From positions 704,001 to 768,000 of the forward strand of contig OZ219816.1 of the NCBI GenBank assembly GCA_964291235.2: DNA of 64,000 nt, in the 5' to 3' direction. Position numbers and translations under genes: made by a program. This DNA is from Vicinamibacteria bacterium. Its GTDB lineage: Bacteria; Acidobacteriota; Vicinamibacteria; Marinacidobacterales; Marinacidobacteraceae. Of this stretch, positions 41,104-50,554 are shown in pieces. The notes under the pieces are model-generated. The model worked only from the letters and a program-made list of their open reading frames with translations, was not told the DNA's origin and did no database searches. Within the stretch, counting starts at the first letter, position 1. Every line of letters starts with the position of its first letter.

Positions 41104-42831
41104 GTGTCCCGTCTGCTTGACAAGAACCTGAGCCGCGCCGAATTCCTGAAGCTCTCGGGCGCCGCTGCCGCCGCCGGGCTCACGACTGCCGCCGGCTGCC
41201 AGCCCGCGGCGTCGAGCCGGCCCGACATGGTGGTCCATAACGCGCGGGTGTACACCTCGGAGTACTCCGAAGGCGCGGACACGATGGACCGGGCGGAAGC
41301 GTTCGCCGTCCAGCACGGGAAGTTCGTCGCCGTCGGTTCGAACGACGAGATCATGAACCTTGCCGGGCCCGGCGTCGAAGTCGTGGACGCCGGCGGGATG
41401 ACGGTGGTCCCCGGCTTCATCGACGCTCACTGCCACCCCGGCGGGATGCGGGATCTCTTCGAGGTGAACCTCGATGTCCGCACCATCGAGGACATCAAGC
41501 TGGCGATCCGTGCCGCCGCCGCCGACACCCAGGCGGGCTACTGGGTGGACGGGTTCAAGTACGACGACACCAAGGTCACGGGCGAGGACGGGGAATACCG
41601 CCGGATCACCAAGCACGATCTCGACGAAGCGACGACGGACGTTCCGGTCCGCGTTTCTCACCGGGGCGGCCATATCTACTGGTACAACTCGAAGGCCTTC
41701 GAGATGGCCGGGGTGACCAACGATGTCGCCGATCCACCAGGCGGCCGTTTCGAAAAGGACGCGAACGGGGAACTGACGGGCCTCGTCGAGGAGCGCGCCG
41801 ACGACGTCTTCAACGGGGTCGGTCAGCGGCGGGTTTACGGCCGGGCCGAGTTCCGGCAGGGCGTCGCCCACATGTCGAAGCTGATGACCGCCGCCGGGAT
41901 CACCGGCGTCCACCAGACCGGCGGCGACTCCGAAGGTCTGCGGGCTCTCGAAGACGCGTACGCCGCGGGCGAGCTGCGCTACCGGATGTACTACTTCGCT
42001 TCCGGGAACTCGGACCTCTACAGCGGGTTGAAGGCCGCCGGGATCCACCGCGGCTTCGGCAACGAGTGGCTCCGGATCGGCGCGGTGAAGTACGGCGCCG
42101 ACGGGTCGGCCTCCGGCCGCACCATGTACATGAGCACTCCGTACGAGGGCACCGACGACCACGGCATCCTCACCATGACTCCGGAGGAGATCATGGAGGC
42201 GGTCGAGGATTCGCACGCGCACGACTTCCACATCGGAATTCACGCGAACGGCGACCTGACGATCGGCTACGTGCTCGATGCCTACGAGAAGGTGCTCGCC
42301 GAGGCGCCCCGGGACGCCCGGCACCGCCTTGAGCACTGCTCGCTGGTGAACCCCGAACTGCTCGAGCGGATTCGGGACACCGGCTCCATTCCCACCCCGT
42401 TCTGGACCTATGTCCACTACCACGGGAACAAGTGGGTGGAGTACGGCGAAGAGAAAATGAAGTGGATGTTCGCCCACAAGTCCTTCCTCGACTACGACAT
42501 TCCGGTCGCCGGCGCCTCCGACTACGTGCCGGGGCCCTACGAGCCGATGATGGCGCTCCAGGCCATGGTGACCCGCAAGGACACCCAGGGCCGGATCTGG
42601 GGTGAGAACCAGAAGGTCACTGTGGACCAGGGGCTCCGGATCGGCACGATCAACGGCGCCCACGCCTCGTTCGAGGAGAACCTGAAGGGCAGCATCAAGG
42701 CCGGCAAGCTGGCGGACTTCGTGATGCTCGAGCAGGACCCCCATGACGTCGCCGCGAGCGATCCGGACCAGATCAAGCACATCGCCATCCACCGCACCGT
42801 GGTGGGCGGCAAGACCATGCACCAGATTTAG
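41104..42831 (+). CDS. Amidohydrolase family 3 (YtcJ-like), exported lipoprotein
   Basis: PGFIDAHCH, K..ADGS, IHANGD, RLEHCS, GASD, GKLADFV; Tat-like signal plus AAGC lipobox. Confidence 0.88.
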   Translation: MSRLLDKNLSRAEFLKLSGAAAAAGLTTAAGCQPAASSRPDMVVHNARVYTSEYSEGADTMDRAEAFAVQHGKFVAVGSNDEIMNLAGPGVEVVDAGGMTVVPGFIDAHCHPGGMRDLFEVNLDVRTIEDIKLAIRAAAADTQAGYWVDGFKYDDTKVTGEDGEYRRITKHDLDEATTDVPVRVSHRGGHIYWYNSKAFEMAGVTNDVADPPGGRFEKDANGELTGLVEERADDVFNGVGQRRVYGRAEFRQGVAHMSKLMTAAGITGVHQTGGDSEGLRALEDAYAAGELRYRMYYFASGNSDLYSGLKAAGIHRGFGNEWLRIGAVKYGADGSASGRTMYMSTPYEGTDDHGILTMTPEEIMEAVEDSHAHDFHIGIHANGDLTIGYVLDAYEKVLAEAPRDARHRLEHCSLVNPELLERIRDTGSIPTPFWTYVHYHGNKWVEYGEEKMKWMFAHKSFLDYDIPVAGASDYVPGPYEPMMALQAMVTRKDTQGRIWGENQKVTVDQGLRIGTINGAHASFEENLKGSIKAGKLADFVMLEQDPHDVAASDPDQIKHIAIHRTVVGGKTMHQI

Positions 42832-42835
42832 CCAG

Positions 42836-43480
42836 GGAACGCCGGCCTCCAGGCCGGCACAGCCCCGCCGCAGGCGGGGCGGCGGGACGGTCTCCCCCGT
42901 GTCAGGACGGTTCCCCTCTCGGCAGGGACCCCACCAGCCTTGATGTCGCTCAGGCAGAGCCCCGGCGCCGGCGGGGTGGCGGAACGGTCCCCCTGTTGAG
43001 CACAGCCGGCGGGCGACCGCAATGGAACGCCGGCCTCCAGGCCGGCACAGCCCCGCCGCAGGCGGGGCGGCGGGACGGTCTCCCCCGTGTCAGGACGGTT
43101 CCCCTCTCGGCAGGGCCCCCACCAGCCTTGATGTCGCTCAGGCAGAGCCCCGGCGCCGGCGGGGTGGCGGAACGGTCCCTCTGTTGAGCACACCCGGCGG
43201 GCGACCGCAATGGAACGCCGGCCTCCAGGCCGGCACAGCCCCGCCGCCGGCGGGGCGGCGGGACGGTCTCCCCAATGTCAGGACGGTTCCCCTCTCGGCA
43301 GGGACCCCACCAGCCTTGATGTCGCCGAGGCACAGCCCCGCCGCCGTCGGGTGAGGGGCTGCGGTGTTGCAGGGAGGAAGGCGCAGGGGCGTTACGCCGT
43401 CGCGGGACGTCGGGCTGTGGCTGGTACGCGCCTGCCGCCCGCCTGCGGCGGGCTGTGCCGACCTGGAGGTCGGCGTTCCC
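42836..43480. repeat. Tandem array of a 188-bp REP-containing unit (about 2.6 copies) plus an inverted REP
   Basis: Units begin at 42836, 43024 and 43212 with GGAACGCCGGCCTCCAGGCCGGCACAGCCC; inverted REP at 43450-43480. Confidence 0.9.
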
Positions 43481-43540
43481 GTGCCTGCGCGCCGTGAGGC
43501 CGGTCGGAGACCGGCTCAGCCCGCGGGAGCGATCTCCCGG

Positions 43541-43996
43541 TCAGCCCTTGGCGCGGAGCTTCGCGGCGATGAACGCGGGGTGCTCGACGTGCAGCAGGGT
43601 CGCCACCTTGCGGATGGTCTGTTCTTCCTCCCCGGCGAGCCAGCCGTCCGCAAACGCGACCCGGAACAGCAGCTCGATAATGGTCGCCTTGTGTTCCTTC
43701 GCCAGACTCCGGTCCACCAGCCGGGTGAACTCGTAGAGGGAAACCGCCTCCGCGGACCGGCGGCCGGCCATCCCGACGATCTCGGCGGTCTCCCCGGTGC
43801 TGAGACCGAAAGCTGACTCCAGGCTCCGGACGATTTCCTGACGCTCCCGCTCGTCCACGTGGTGGTCGGCGGCGGACACCTCCAGCAGGAGGACGGCGGT
43901 CGCGATCTGCACGTCGCGTGGCGACGGCGGCGGGGGAGGGGTGTGGTCGGGGCGGCTATGCCCGCCGCCCTTCACCAGATCGCTGATCCAACCCAT
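43541..43996 (-). CDS. TerB family tellurite-resistance-like protein
   Basis: ATAVLLLEVSAADHHVDERE, SLYEFT, VAFADG..EE. Confidence 0.85.
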   Translation of the reverse strand: MGWISDLVKGGGHSRPDHTPPPPPSPRDVQIATAVLLLEVSAADHHVDERERQEIVRSLESAFGLSTGETAEIVGMAGRRSAEAVSLYEFTRLVDRSLAKEHKATIIELLFRVAFADGWLAGEEEQTIRKVATLLHVEHPAFIAAKLRAKG

Positions 43997-44066
43997 GGGG
44001 GGCCTCCGTTTTTGCGACCGCGGCGCCCCGAGGCACCCGACGCAAGAGTGAAACCCGCGTTCTCGT

Positions 44067-44456
44067 TCATGCTCCCACCGGCCAGTGCTCCAGCCGGATT
44101 CCTTCCATGGGGAAGTCCTTCGGATTTCCCGTTACGAGCAACGCGGACGCGGAATAGGCGGCGGCGGCGATCAGGCAGTCGGACTGAGGCAGGGGCATTC
44201 CTCTGGATGCGAAGCGTTGACGCCATTCGCCCGCTCTCCGCCCTTGTTCGAGTCCCAGCGGGAGAATCACCAAGCCGCGCACGAGATCGTCCGTCCGACC
44301 CGTTTCGTCCGGACGAAGACCGCGGTACACCTCTTCGATGTTGATCGCTGTGGTGCAGGCGACGTCACCACGAGACCGTAGTCGCCGCATCCGAACGACG
44401 GCGGGACGACCGCGCAGGTGGTCAATGAGCACCGTGCTGTCGAGCAGCACGAGCAT
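44067..44456 (-). CDS. vapC: VapC PIN-domain toxin
   Basis: LLDSTVLID, EVYRG, DCLIAA, TGNPKDF. Confidence 0.9.
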   Translation of the reverse strand: MLVLLDSTVLIDHLRGRPAVVRMRRLRSRGDVACTTAINIEEVYRGLRPDETGRTDDLVRGLVILPLGLEQGRRAGEWRQRFASRGMPLPQSDCLIAAAAYSASALLVTGNPKDFPMEGIRLEHWPVGA

Positions 44457-44460
44457 TTCC

Positions 44461-44700
44461 TCATCCAGCCCCGCGGGGATCCTCGCGGCGTCCTCGCCGG
44501 ACCCACTCTGCCGGATCGTCGTCCCACTCGTGTCCGTGGTCCGGAATGCTCCCGGCGGCCTTCTCGATCAGATCCCACCGGTTCTGGTGTTCCACGGCAG
44601 CGCGCACGGCCTTCCGGATGAATGCGCTGCGCCCTCGCCGTCCGGCGAGCGCATCCACCCGCTCGATCAACTCGTCCTCAACATGGACGTGTAAACGCAT
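44461..44700 (-). CDS. Ribbon-helix-helix (CopG/VapB-like) antitoxin
   Basis: MRLHVHVEDELIERVD...RSAFIRKAV; immediately upstream of vapC. Confidence 0.85.
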   Translation of the reverse strand: MRLHVHVEDELIERVDALAGRRGRSAFIRKAVRAAVEHQNRWDLIEKAAGSIPDHGHEWDDDPAEWVRRGRREDPRGAG

Positions 44701-44759
44701 GTGCCAATGTTAGCCCACACCGGCGGTGAACATGGGACTTCGGGGAAAAGGGCCAGGAT

Positions 44760-46337
44760 CTATGCCGCTGCCGGGCGGCGCGAGCGCCAGATCCAGAGTC
44801 CGAAGGCGCCGAGACCGAAGAACATCACCAGGAGGCCTACGATCCCCCCAACGAACGGAACTTCGACGGCCAACACCAGAATCGCCAGGCCGAGGGCAAT
44901 CCGGCCGATGCGCTGGAGGTTGGTTGAGGCGAGGCCCAGGATTGCCTGGCCGATCACCATGGCGGCGACGACCCGGGAGGCGTAGAGGAGGAAGAGGTAG
45001 AGCGCACCGACCGCGAAGGCGACCGGCAGGCCGATGAAGGTGATCGCGAGGAGGAGCGCCGCGAAGGGGAGCCCCGCAAACAGCAGCAGGCCCAGAAGCA
45101 GGGGGGCGACGGGCCGTCCGCCGACGGCGGCGATGGCTCCCAGCGGCCCGGAGGCGAGCAGGACGAGCACCAGTCCGAGGGCGAGTCCCATGGCCCAGCG
45201 GGTCCCGACCCGCATGACCTCGTCCCAGACGCTGGTTTCCTCGGGTTCAGGCTCGGACCACTCCACGTTGGGGGCGCCGGGCTCCCGCTCCGGCTCCGTG
45301 GGGCCGGTGAAGTGGGCATCGCCGGCAAACGCCGCGCCGGACCCGAGAAACAGTGTTTCCCCGGTGAACTTGAAGTCGCCCTCGATGGGTGCGTCCAATT
45401 CGAGTCTGGTTCCCCCGGCAAGGACCGAGCCTCCGACCGGCCCCGCGACCGAGAGGCGGTCACCGGCCATCATGATGCCGCCTCCGACGCTGCCGCCGGG
45501 AAGGACCGAGACGGTCTCGGCCCCAGCCGCCAGCCCGCGCCCCAGATCGCCGCTGATCCGCACCGACTGCGCCGCGCCGCGCAGGCTGAGGCCGACGCTG
45601 CCCTCCATGTTGATTTCGTTTCCGAATCCGAAGACATCGCCATCCACGCGCCCCGTGATCGTGAGCGAACGTCCGGCGAAATAGAGATCCCCCCGCACGG
45701 TGCCGGCGACCACGGCCTCGTTGCAAAGAAGCAGCAGGTCGTCGTTCACCGTCCGTTCCACGGCGATGCGGCAGCGGCCGGTGTCTCCGCCGATCACTTC
45801 GAGCGCTTGCGCGGGCGCACTGAAGGCGCCGAGCCCGGGAACCAGCGCTGCCAGCAGCAGCGGCATGGCGCCGGCCCGGGGACGGCGGATGGCGTTCGAG
45901 GCCAGGGCAATACCGAAGAGAGTCATGATGACGATGCCTCCGTAGGCAATCTGAAGTCCGATCTGCTGTACGTCCAGCAGCGAAAGAAGGCGAAAACCCA
46001 GATCCGAGAGGACGGGAAGGGCGTCCGGCATCGCGGCCTCGGCCGCCGCTTCGCTCACGCCGAGGAAGAAGCGGCGGAGCGCCACCAGGCCCAGCGAGAG
46101 CACGAGCCCGGCGGCCACCACCCAGCCGAGCTCTCGCGAGACCTCGGGGGCTCCGGCCACCTCGGGCGCCACGGCCGCGCGCAGGAGGTCGCCCTCCCGG
46201 CGGAGCCCCTCGTAGAGGCGGTGGCAGGGGAAGCAGCGGGTCAGGTGGGAGCGCGCCGCGGCCGCCTCCGCCCGGGGCAATTCCTCATCCAGCAGGGCGA
46301 CGAGCCGCAACTCGGAGAGATGCTGAATTTCGGCCAT
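44760..46337 (-). CDS. Membrane anti-sigma factor: ZAS zinc finger, bactofilin-like repeats and TM bundle
   Basis: HLTRCFPC (HxxxCxxC); repeated G-x-V-x-G-D beta-helix units; C-terminal TMs; coupled to the ECF gene. Confidence 0.75.
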   Translation of the reverse strand: MAEIQHLSELRLVALLDEELPRAEAAAARSHLTRCFPCHRLYEGLRREGDLLRAAVAPEVAGAPEVSRELGWVVAAGLVLSLGLVALRRFFLGVSEAAAEAAMPDALPVLSDLGFRLLSLLDVQQIGLQIAYGGIVIMTLFGIALASNAIRRPRAGAMPLLLAALVPGLGAFSAPAQALEVIGGDTGRCRIAVERTVNDDLLLLCNEAVVAGTVRGDLYFAGRSLTITGRVDGDVFGFGNEINMEGSVGLSLRGAAQSVRISGDLGRGLAAGAETVSVLPGGSVGGGIMMAGDRLSVAGPVGGSVLAGGTRLELDAPIEGDFKFTGETLFLGSGAAFAGDAHFTGPTEPEREPGAPNVEWSEPEPEETSVWDEVMRVGTRWAMGLALGLVLVLLASGPLGAIAAVGGRPVAPLLLGLLLFAGLPFAALLLAITFIGLPVAFAVGALYLFLLYASRVVAAMVIGQAILGLASTNLQRIGRIALGLAILVLAVEVPFVGGIVGLLVMFFGLGAFGLWIWRSRRPAAA

Positions 46338-46933
46338 CAGGTCACCTCCTCCCCCGCGAGGCGGTCCCGCATCCGGCGGCGCCCGCGGAGCAGGACAACG
46401 CCCACGTTGTTCGGGGTGATTCCGAGGATCTCCCCGATCTCGCGGTAGCTGAGCCCGGCGCCGTAGCGGAGGGTCAGCGCGAAGCGCTGCCGGAGCGGCA
46501 GCCCCGAGAGCGCGGCGCGGACGTGCTCGCGCCGCTCCTGGGTGATCAGCCGGTCAAGCGGGCTCGCGGCGTCGGATGCCAGTTGGGCCGTCCCCTCGTC
46601 GTCGAGGGGCTCGGAGCGGCGGTTCTTGCGTGCTTCGTCCCAGCATCGGTTGGCGGCAATCCGGAACAGCCACGGCCCAAAGGGGCGCCCGGCGTCGAAG
46701 GAATCCAGCCGGAAGCGGGTCTTCATCATGATCTCCGCGGCCAGGTCCTCGCCGCTGTCGCCCGGGAGCGTCCGGCGGCAAAACGCGAGTACCTGGGGAT
46801 GGAAGTGCTCGTACAGCGTTCCCCAGGCATCCCGGCTGGCGGCCTGTTCCGCTTCTGGTCCACCGGCCGCGCTCGCTCGGTCGGCTTCCTGGCAGATGCG
46901 GACAAGCCGGTTGATTTCCTGATCGTGGAGCAT
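46337..46933 (-). CDS. ECF sigma-70 factor
   Basis: FGPWLFRIAANRCWD region 2; LSYREIGEILG...RGRRRMR region 4. Confidence 0.9.
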   Translation of the reverse strand: MLHDQEINRLVRICQEADRASAAGGPEAEQAASRDAWGTLYEHFHPQVLAFCRRTLPGDSGEDLAAEIMMKTRFRLDSFDAGRPFGPWLFRIAANRCWDEARKNRRSEPLDDEGTAQLASDAASPLDRLITQERREHVRAALSGLPLRQRFALTLRYGAGLSYREIGEILGITPNNVGVVLLRGRRRMRDRLAGEEVT

Positions 46934-47001
46934 CCCTCCGATTCCTATACGTCCCGGACCGACGGAAGTTACAGCGCGCGGCGCGGCTCACCGCCGCGTG
47001 T

Positions 47002-47868
47002 GTGATGCTTCCGCGCCTTCAGGAGGCTTCGAGAGTGCGCAAACTGCTCAGGCGCTTCGCCGGCCGATTCGCGTTGACGCTTGCTCTGGTTCTCCTGGAG
47101 GCGGCGGGCTGGACCCTGTTTCCGCTGGTGATCGGGCGCGCGATTGACAGCGTCCTGGCCGACTCCGCGCGCGGTCTCTACGAGTTCGCCGCCCTCGGGA
47201 TCGGCACCATGGGGATCGGCATTGCCCGCCGTTTTGTGGACAGTCGGGCATACGCGCGGGTGTTTCGGCGGCTGGGCGAAGACCTGGTTACTCAGGACAC
47301 GGCGAGCGGTACCTCGATAAAGACGGCGCGCCTCCGAATGGTGCAGGAGTTCGTCGAGTTCTTCGAGAACCACATCCCCGGTCTGATCACGGGCGTCATC
47401 GGCCTCGGTGGCACCCTGCTCATTCTCTCGGCGCTCAACCGGCCGGTCTTTGTTGGCTGCCTGGGGGTCACGGCCGTCAGCGTGGTTCTCTACGCCCTGA
47501 CCGGCAAGCTCACCACCCGCTACCACGTCGGGCTCAACGACGAACAGGAACGTCAGGTGGACGCGGTCGAGAGCGGTGAGCCAGGCCGAGTCGCCGGACA
47601 TCTCCGGGCCCTCATGCGCTGGAACATCAAGTTGTCGGACCTGGAGGCGGTCAACTTCGGAGTGGTGTGGCTCTTCCTGATGGGACTGCTGGTCTTCTCG
47701 ATCGGGACGGCGGCGGAGCAGACCCTCGAGTACGGCACGGTGTTCGCCGTAGTGATGTACGTGTTCCAGTTCACCGAGTCCGTGATCGTGCTACCCCTCT
47801 ACTACCAGCAGTGGCTGCGGCTCCGGGAGATTTCGGGTCGGCTGAGCGTGATCGCCGGGCCGGCCTGA
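47002..47868 (+). CDS. ABC transporter six-transmembrane domain protein lacking ATPase (ABC_membrane_3-like)
   Basis: PLVIGRAID, RRFVDSRAY, EFVEFFE, LSDLEA. Confidence 0.75.
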   Translation: MMLPRLQEASRVRKLLRRFAGRFALTLALVLLEAAGWTLFPLVIGRAIDSVLADSARGLYEFAALGIGTMGIGIARRFVDSRAYARVFRRLGEDLVTQDTASGTSIKTARLRMVQEFVEFFENHIPGLITGVIGLGGTLLILSALNRPVFVGCLGVTAVSVVLYALTGKLTTRYHVGLNDEQERQVDAVESGEPGRVAGHLRALMRWNIKLSDLEAVNFGVVWLFLMGLLVFSIGTAAEQTLEYGTVFAVVMYVFQFTESVIVLPLYYQQWLRLREISGRLSVIAGPA

Positions 47869-47913
47869 GGCTGACCCGCGGACCGAAAGAGGCCGGGGAC
47901 GCCGTGGGCCGAT

Positions 47914-48681
47914 TCAAAGAGTTGGCGTGAGGCTGAAATCGGTCCAGACGCCGAAGTGGTCGGAAAGGTGCTCGTCGCCGATCCGCTTGGGCCAGATTCC
48001 CATGTCAGTGCTGCGGGTCAGGTCGCCAGTGTGGCCGATGTGGTCAATCGCCAGACCCGGATCGCCGGGCAGCTCTCCGGTAGTCGCGATTGTGAGGCCG
48101 TCGAAAGCCGACCTGAGGGCTCGGTACATGTGCTCCGGAGTTGTGCAGCGCGGGATGCGCTGGTTGAAGTCTCCCAAGACGACCGTCCGGACACCGGACG
48201 TTCGATACGGCAGTCGTTCAAACTCCCGGAGCCAAGCCTCGTGGTCCTCCCAACGCTTCCGGTCCCGCTGACCGCTCTTGACGTGAGCGCCAGCCCAGGG
48301 AATGCAAACCCCGACGACGGTTATCCGACCGATCGGGGTTGTGGTGACGCCCTTGACGAAACGGCCTTTGGGCAGGTCTGAAGAATCCTCGCGATCCTCT
48401 TCGGACCACGGGGCGCGGCTCCAGAGGAGCACTTTCCTGCGGTTCTGAGGCCGCACTCGGTAGCCCCAGTCCGTCCCGGCATCGATGATGCAGCCTTCGC
48501 TGGGCAGGAGACCTGCCGATCCCTCCGTTACGCACAGGATGTCGCAGTCGGTGTCCGCGAGGGCGGCACGGACGCGAGCCCCCCGTGGCCGATCGGGCAC
48601 GGCCCATTGAGTGTTCCAAGTGCCGATACGGACGGTGGGTGCCTGCGCATGCTGAACCATGGCGGCCGGGGACCGTACCAC
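47914..48681 (-). CDS. Endonuclease/exonuclease/phosphatase family protein
   Basis: TWN, DILCVTE, LGDFN, IDHI, SDH; start uncertain. Confidence 0.85.
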   Translation of the reverse strand: MVRSPAAMVQHAQAPTVRIGTWNTQWAVPDRPRGARVRAALADTDCDILCVTEGSAGLLPSEGCIIDAGTDWGYRVRPQNRRKVLLWSRAPWSEEDREDSSDLPKGRFVKGVTTTPIGRITVVGVCIPWAGAHVKSGQRDRKRWEDHEAWLREFERLPYRTSGVRTVVLGDFNQRIPRCTTPEHMYRALRSAFDGLTIATTGELPGDPGLAIDHIGHTGDLTRSTDMGIWPKRIGDEHLSDHFGVWTDFSLTPTL

Positions 48682-48734
48682 CCCGGCGCAGCGTCAGGCG
48701 TCGCCGGGTGGGCGGCGGCGGACGACCGTTCGGG

Positions 48735-49535
48735 CTATGCGCGGGGGGCAGCGACCGTGGGCCAGGCGCCGCGCACCGAGCCCCAATGGCGCGTCAACGA
48801 GCGGAACCCGGCGGATGATGGATCCGGAGTGGCCGGGCTTCCCTGTGAATCCAGGTAGAGGCTGCCGACTTCACTTGCGGGAAGGTCCGCCACCAGTGTC
48901 CGGGCCTCGTCCATCGCGGTGAGCCAGCGGCGCTTGAGGGCGCCGAGGTCGAGCGGTTCCCGGAGCGCCAGCCGGTGGAGGTCCGTTTCGGTATAGGCCG
49001 CGTGCCGCGCCGTCTGCTCCAGCAGGAAGTCCGGGGTGTAGCCCGGATCCTGGCCGCAGGCGGCCCACGCCAGCGCACCCAGCGACAGGTAGGTGTCGTG
49101 GAGATGGAGCACGTCCACGAAGTCGCGGATCTCGTTGCGTCCGGCCAGCGCCAGGACCTTGTTGATGGCGGCGTCGGCATCGTGCAAGCGATAACCGCAC
49201 CGGTCGTCCTGCTGAATCGGATAGAACCGGAACGCGCTGTCATGAGCCCACTCGATCCTCAGCGAGGCGGCGCCCAATCGGGTGACCGCGCGGTGAAATG
49301 CCGAGGTCCGGAGCAGCCAGGACACCTCGTAGCCGGCTTCCCGCAGGGTTGTCGCATCCGCCTCCGCGCAGAGGGCCACGCTTTCTTCCAGGTCGTGGAA
49401 GAGATCGAGATCGAGCGAATAGCGTGGCGTCCGTTTCTCCCGGTGGAGCACCGTCGCGCCAGCGACATAACTGTCCGGGCTGCGGTTGCACGCAATGAGG
49501 CGCAAGACCTCAACCTGGAAGGGACTTAGCGGCAT
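48735..49535 (-). CDS. AbiEii-like nucleotidyltransferase (putative toxin)
   Basis: YVAGATVL, RYSLDLDLF, NKVLAL..R.EIRDFVDV. Confidence 0.75.
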   Translation of the reverse strand: MPLSPFQVEVLRLIACNRSPDSYVAGATVLHREKRTPRYSLDLDLFHDLEESVALCAEADATTLREAGYEVSWLLRTSAFHRAVTRLGAASLRIEWAHDSAFRFYPIQQDDRCGYRLHDADAAINKVLALAGRNEIRDFVDVLHLHDTYLSLGALAWAACGQDPGYTPDFLLEQTARHAAYTETDLHRLALREPLDLGALKRRWLTAMDEARTLVADLPASEVGSLYLDSQGSPATPDPSSAGFRSLTRHWGSVRGAWPTVAAPRA

Positions 49536-49798
49536 AGCCGGGCGGCGATTCGGAACCCCTTCCGTCCGCCGTGCTGCCGGAGGCCGCGGACGATCTCGGG
49601 GATATCTTCGAGCGTAACGATCAGATCGGGGCGCAGGTACCAGAAGCACTGGGCGCGAAACTCGCGGAACGCCCGCCGCGCCTCACGCACCCGGACCATG
49701 TCCCGGGCCTCGTCGGAAGAGAGGTTGCGGCGGCTCCGCAATCCACCCCGTCGACCAATTCGGGAGAAGTACTCCCTCACTGCGGGGGGCGGGTCCAT
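49526..49798 (-). CDS. Small basic protein, putative antitoxin
   Basis: Overlaps the NTase start; YFSRIGRRGG N-terminus and CFWY motif. Confidence 0.65.
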   Translation of the reverse strand: MDPPPAVREYFSRIGRRGGLRSRRNLSSDEARDMVRVREARRAFREFRAQCFWYLRPDLIVTLEDIPEIVRGLRQHGGRKGFRIAARLCR

Positions 49799-49802
49799 GT
49801 GC

Positions 49803-49835
49803 GCATTCTAACGTAAGCAGTTTATGTTTGAATGC
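49803..49835. promoter_or_regulatory. AT-rich palindromic promoter/operator of the NTase TA operon
   Basis: Imperfect 33-bp palindrome GCATTCTAACGTAAGCAGTTTATGTTTGAATGC containing a minus-strand TAGAAT. Confidence 0.5.
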
Positions 49836-49891
49836 AATACGCGAGTGAGCGTGGCGCAACCCGGGGCCGTCGGTTTCGCGCTCCCGCGCGA

Positions 49892-49906
49892 TGCCGACCG
49901 GAGGTC
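49892..49906 (+). repeat. Left att core (TGCCGACCGGAGGTC)
   Basis: Identical to 58708-58722. Confidence 0.8.
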
Positions 49907-49934
49907 TGCTTCTGAATGGATTTAAATTGCGATT

Positions 49935-49947
49935 TATCAATGAGTTA
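49935..49947 (+). promoter_or_regulatory. IHF consensus site inside left att
   Basis: TATCAATGAGTTA matches WATCAANNNNTTR. Confidence 0.7.
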
Positions 49948-50554
49948 CGTGCAGTTCTAAAATCCAGATATCACTGCGGCTATCACGCACGGCGATGACC
50001 GGGTCGCGTCGACTCTTGTAGGAACGGTCGGGAAGTCAAGGTAAGCGTTCGGTCGTGGGGGCATGGAGCAGACGCCCGTGTCACTCTCCCGCCGGCAGAG
50101 CCCGATGTTCCTGGTCCGGCGTTCGGCGGCCTCGTCAGGGCGGGGTAGCGGTGTTTTCCTGTGGAATGAGGGCGCCGACAACACCGCACTGCGCCAGCGT
50201 TTACACGACAGCGCGCAAATCAAGGACGACACGAGAATCGTGGGTGACCAGCACGGCGAGATCGCCTTGTTGTTCGACGGCGTCGCCCTCGCTCTTGGGA
50301 TGCGGCGCAGCGGTGCGAAGCAGTGAGGGACCACCACATACCCCCACGACCGAACGCTTACAAGTCAAGTCTGGAAGTCTGATCGGATGACAGCCGTTCC
50401 GCGGGGGCAGCGGCCACCGATCGGGCCGCGATGTCCCTGGGGACGGGACGCGGAAGGTGCATGCATGGCGGGCCTTCCGGAGGGCGCCATCGTATGCGTC
50501 CCGACGCCGGCCCGCAGGCCGGCGCCGGTCGCTGCCTCCGGACGGGGAGATTGG

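Noticed and set aside
42836-43345. CRISPR array
   Set aside because: Whole 188-bp units repeat with no unique spacers, and no cas genes are present. The ORFs predicted here are repeat translations.
49840-49960. tRNA/tmRNA as integration target
   Set aside because: No cloverleaf, T-loop GTTCGA or CCA end is visible at either att.
49957-50390. Short ORFs inside the left end of the element
   Set aside because: No motif or convincing RBS on either strand; cannot choose among them.
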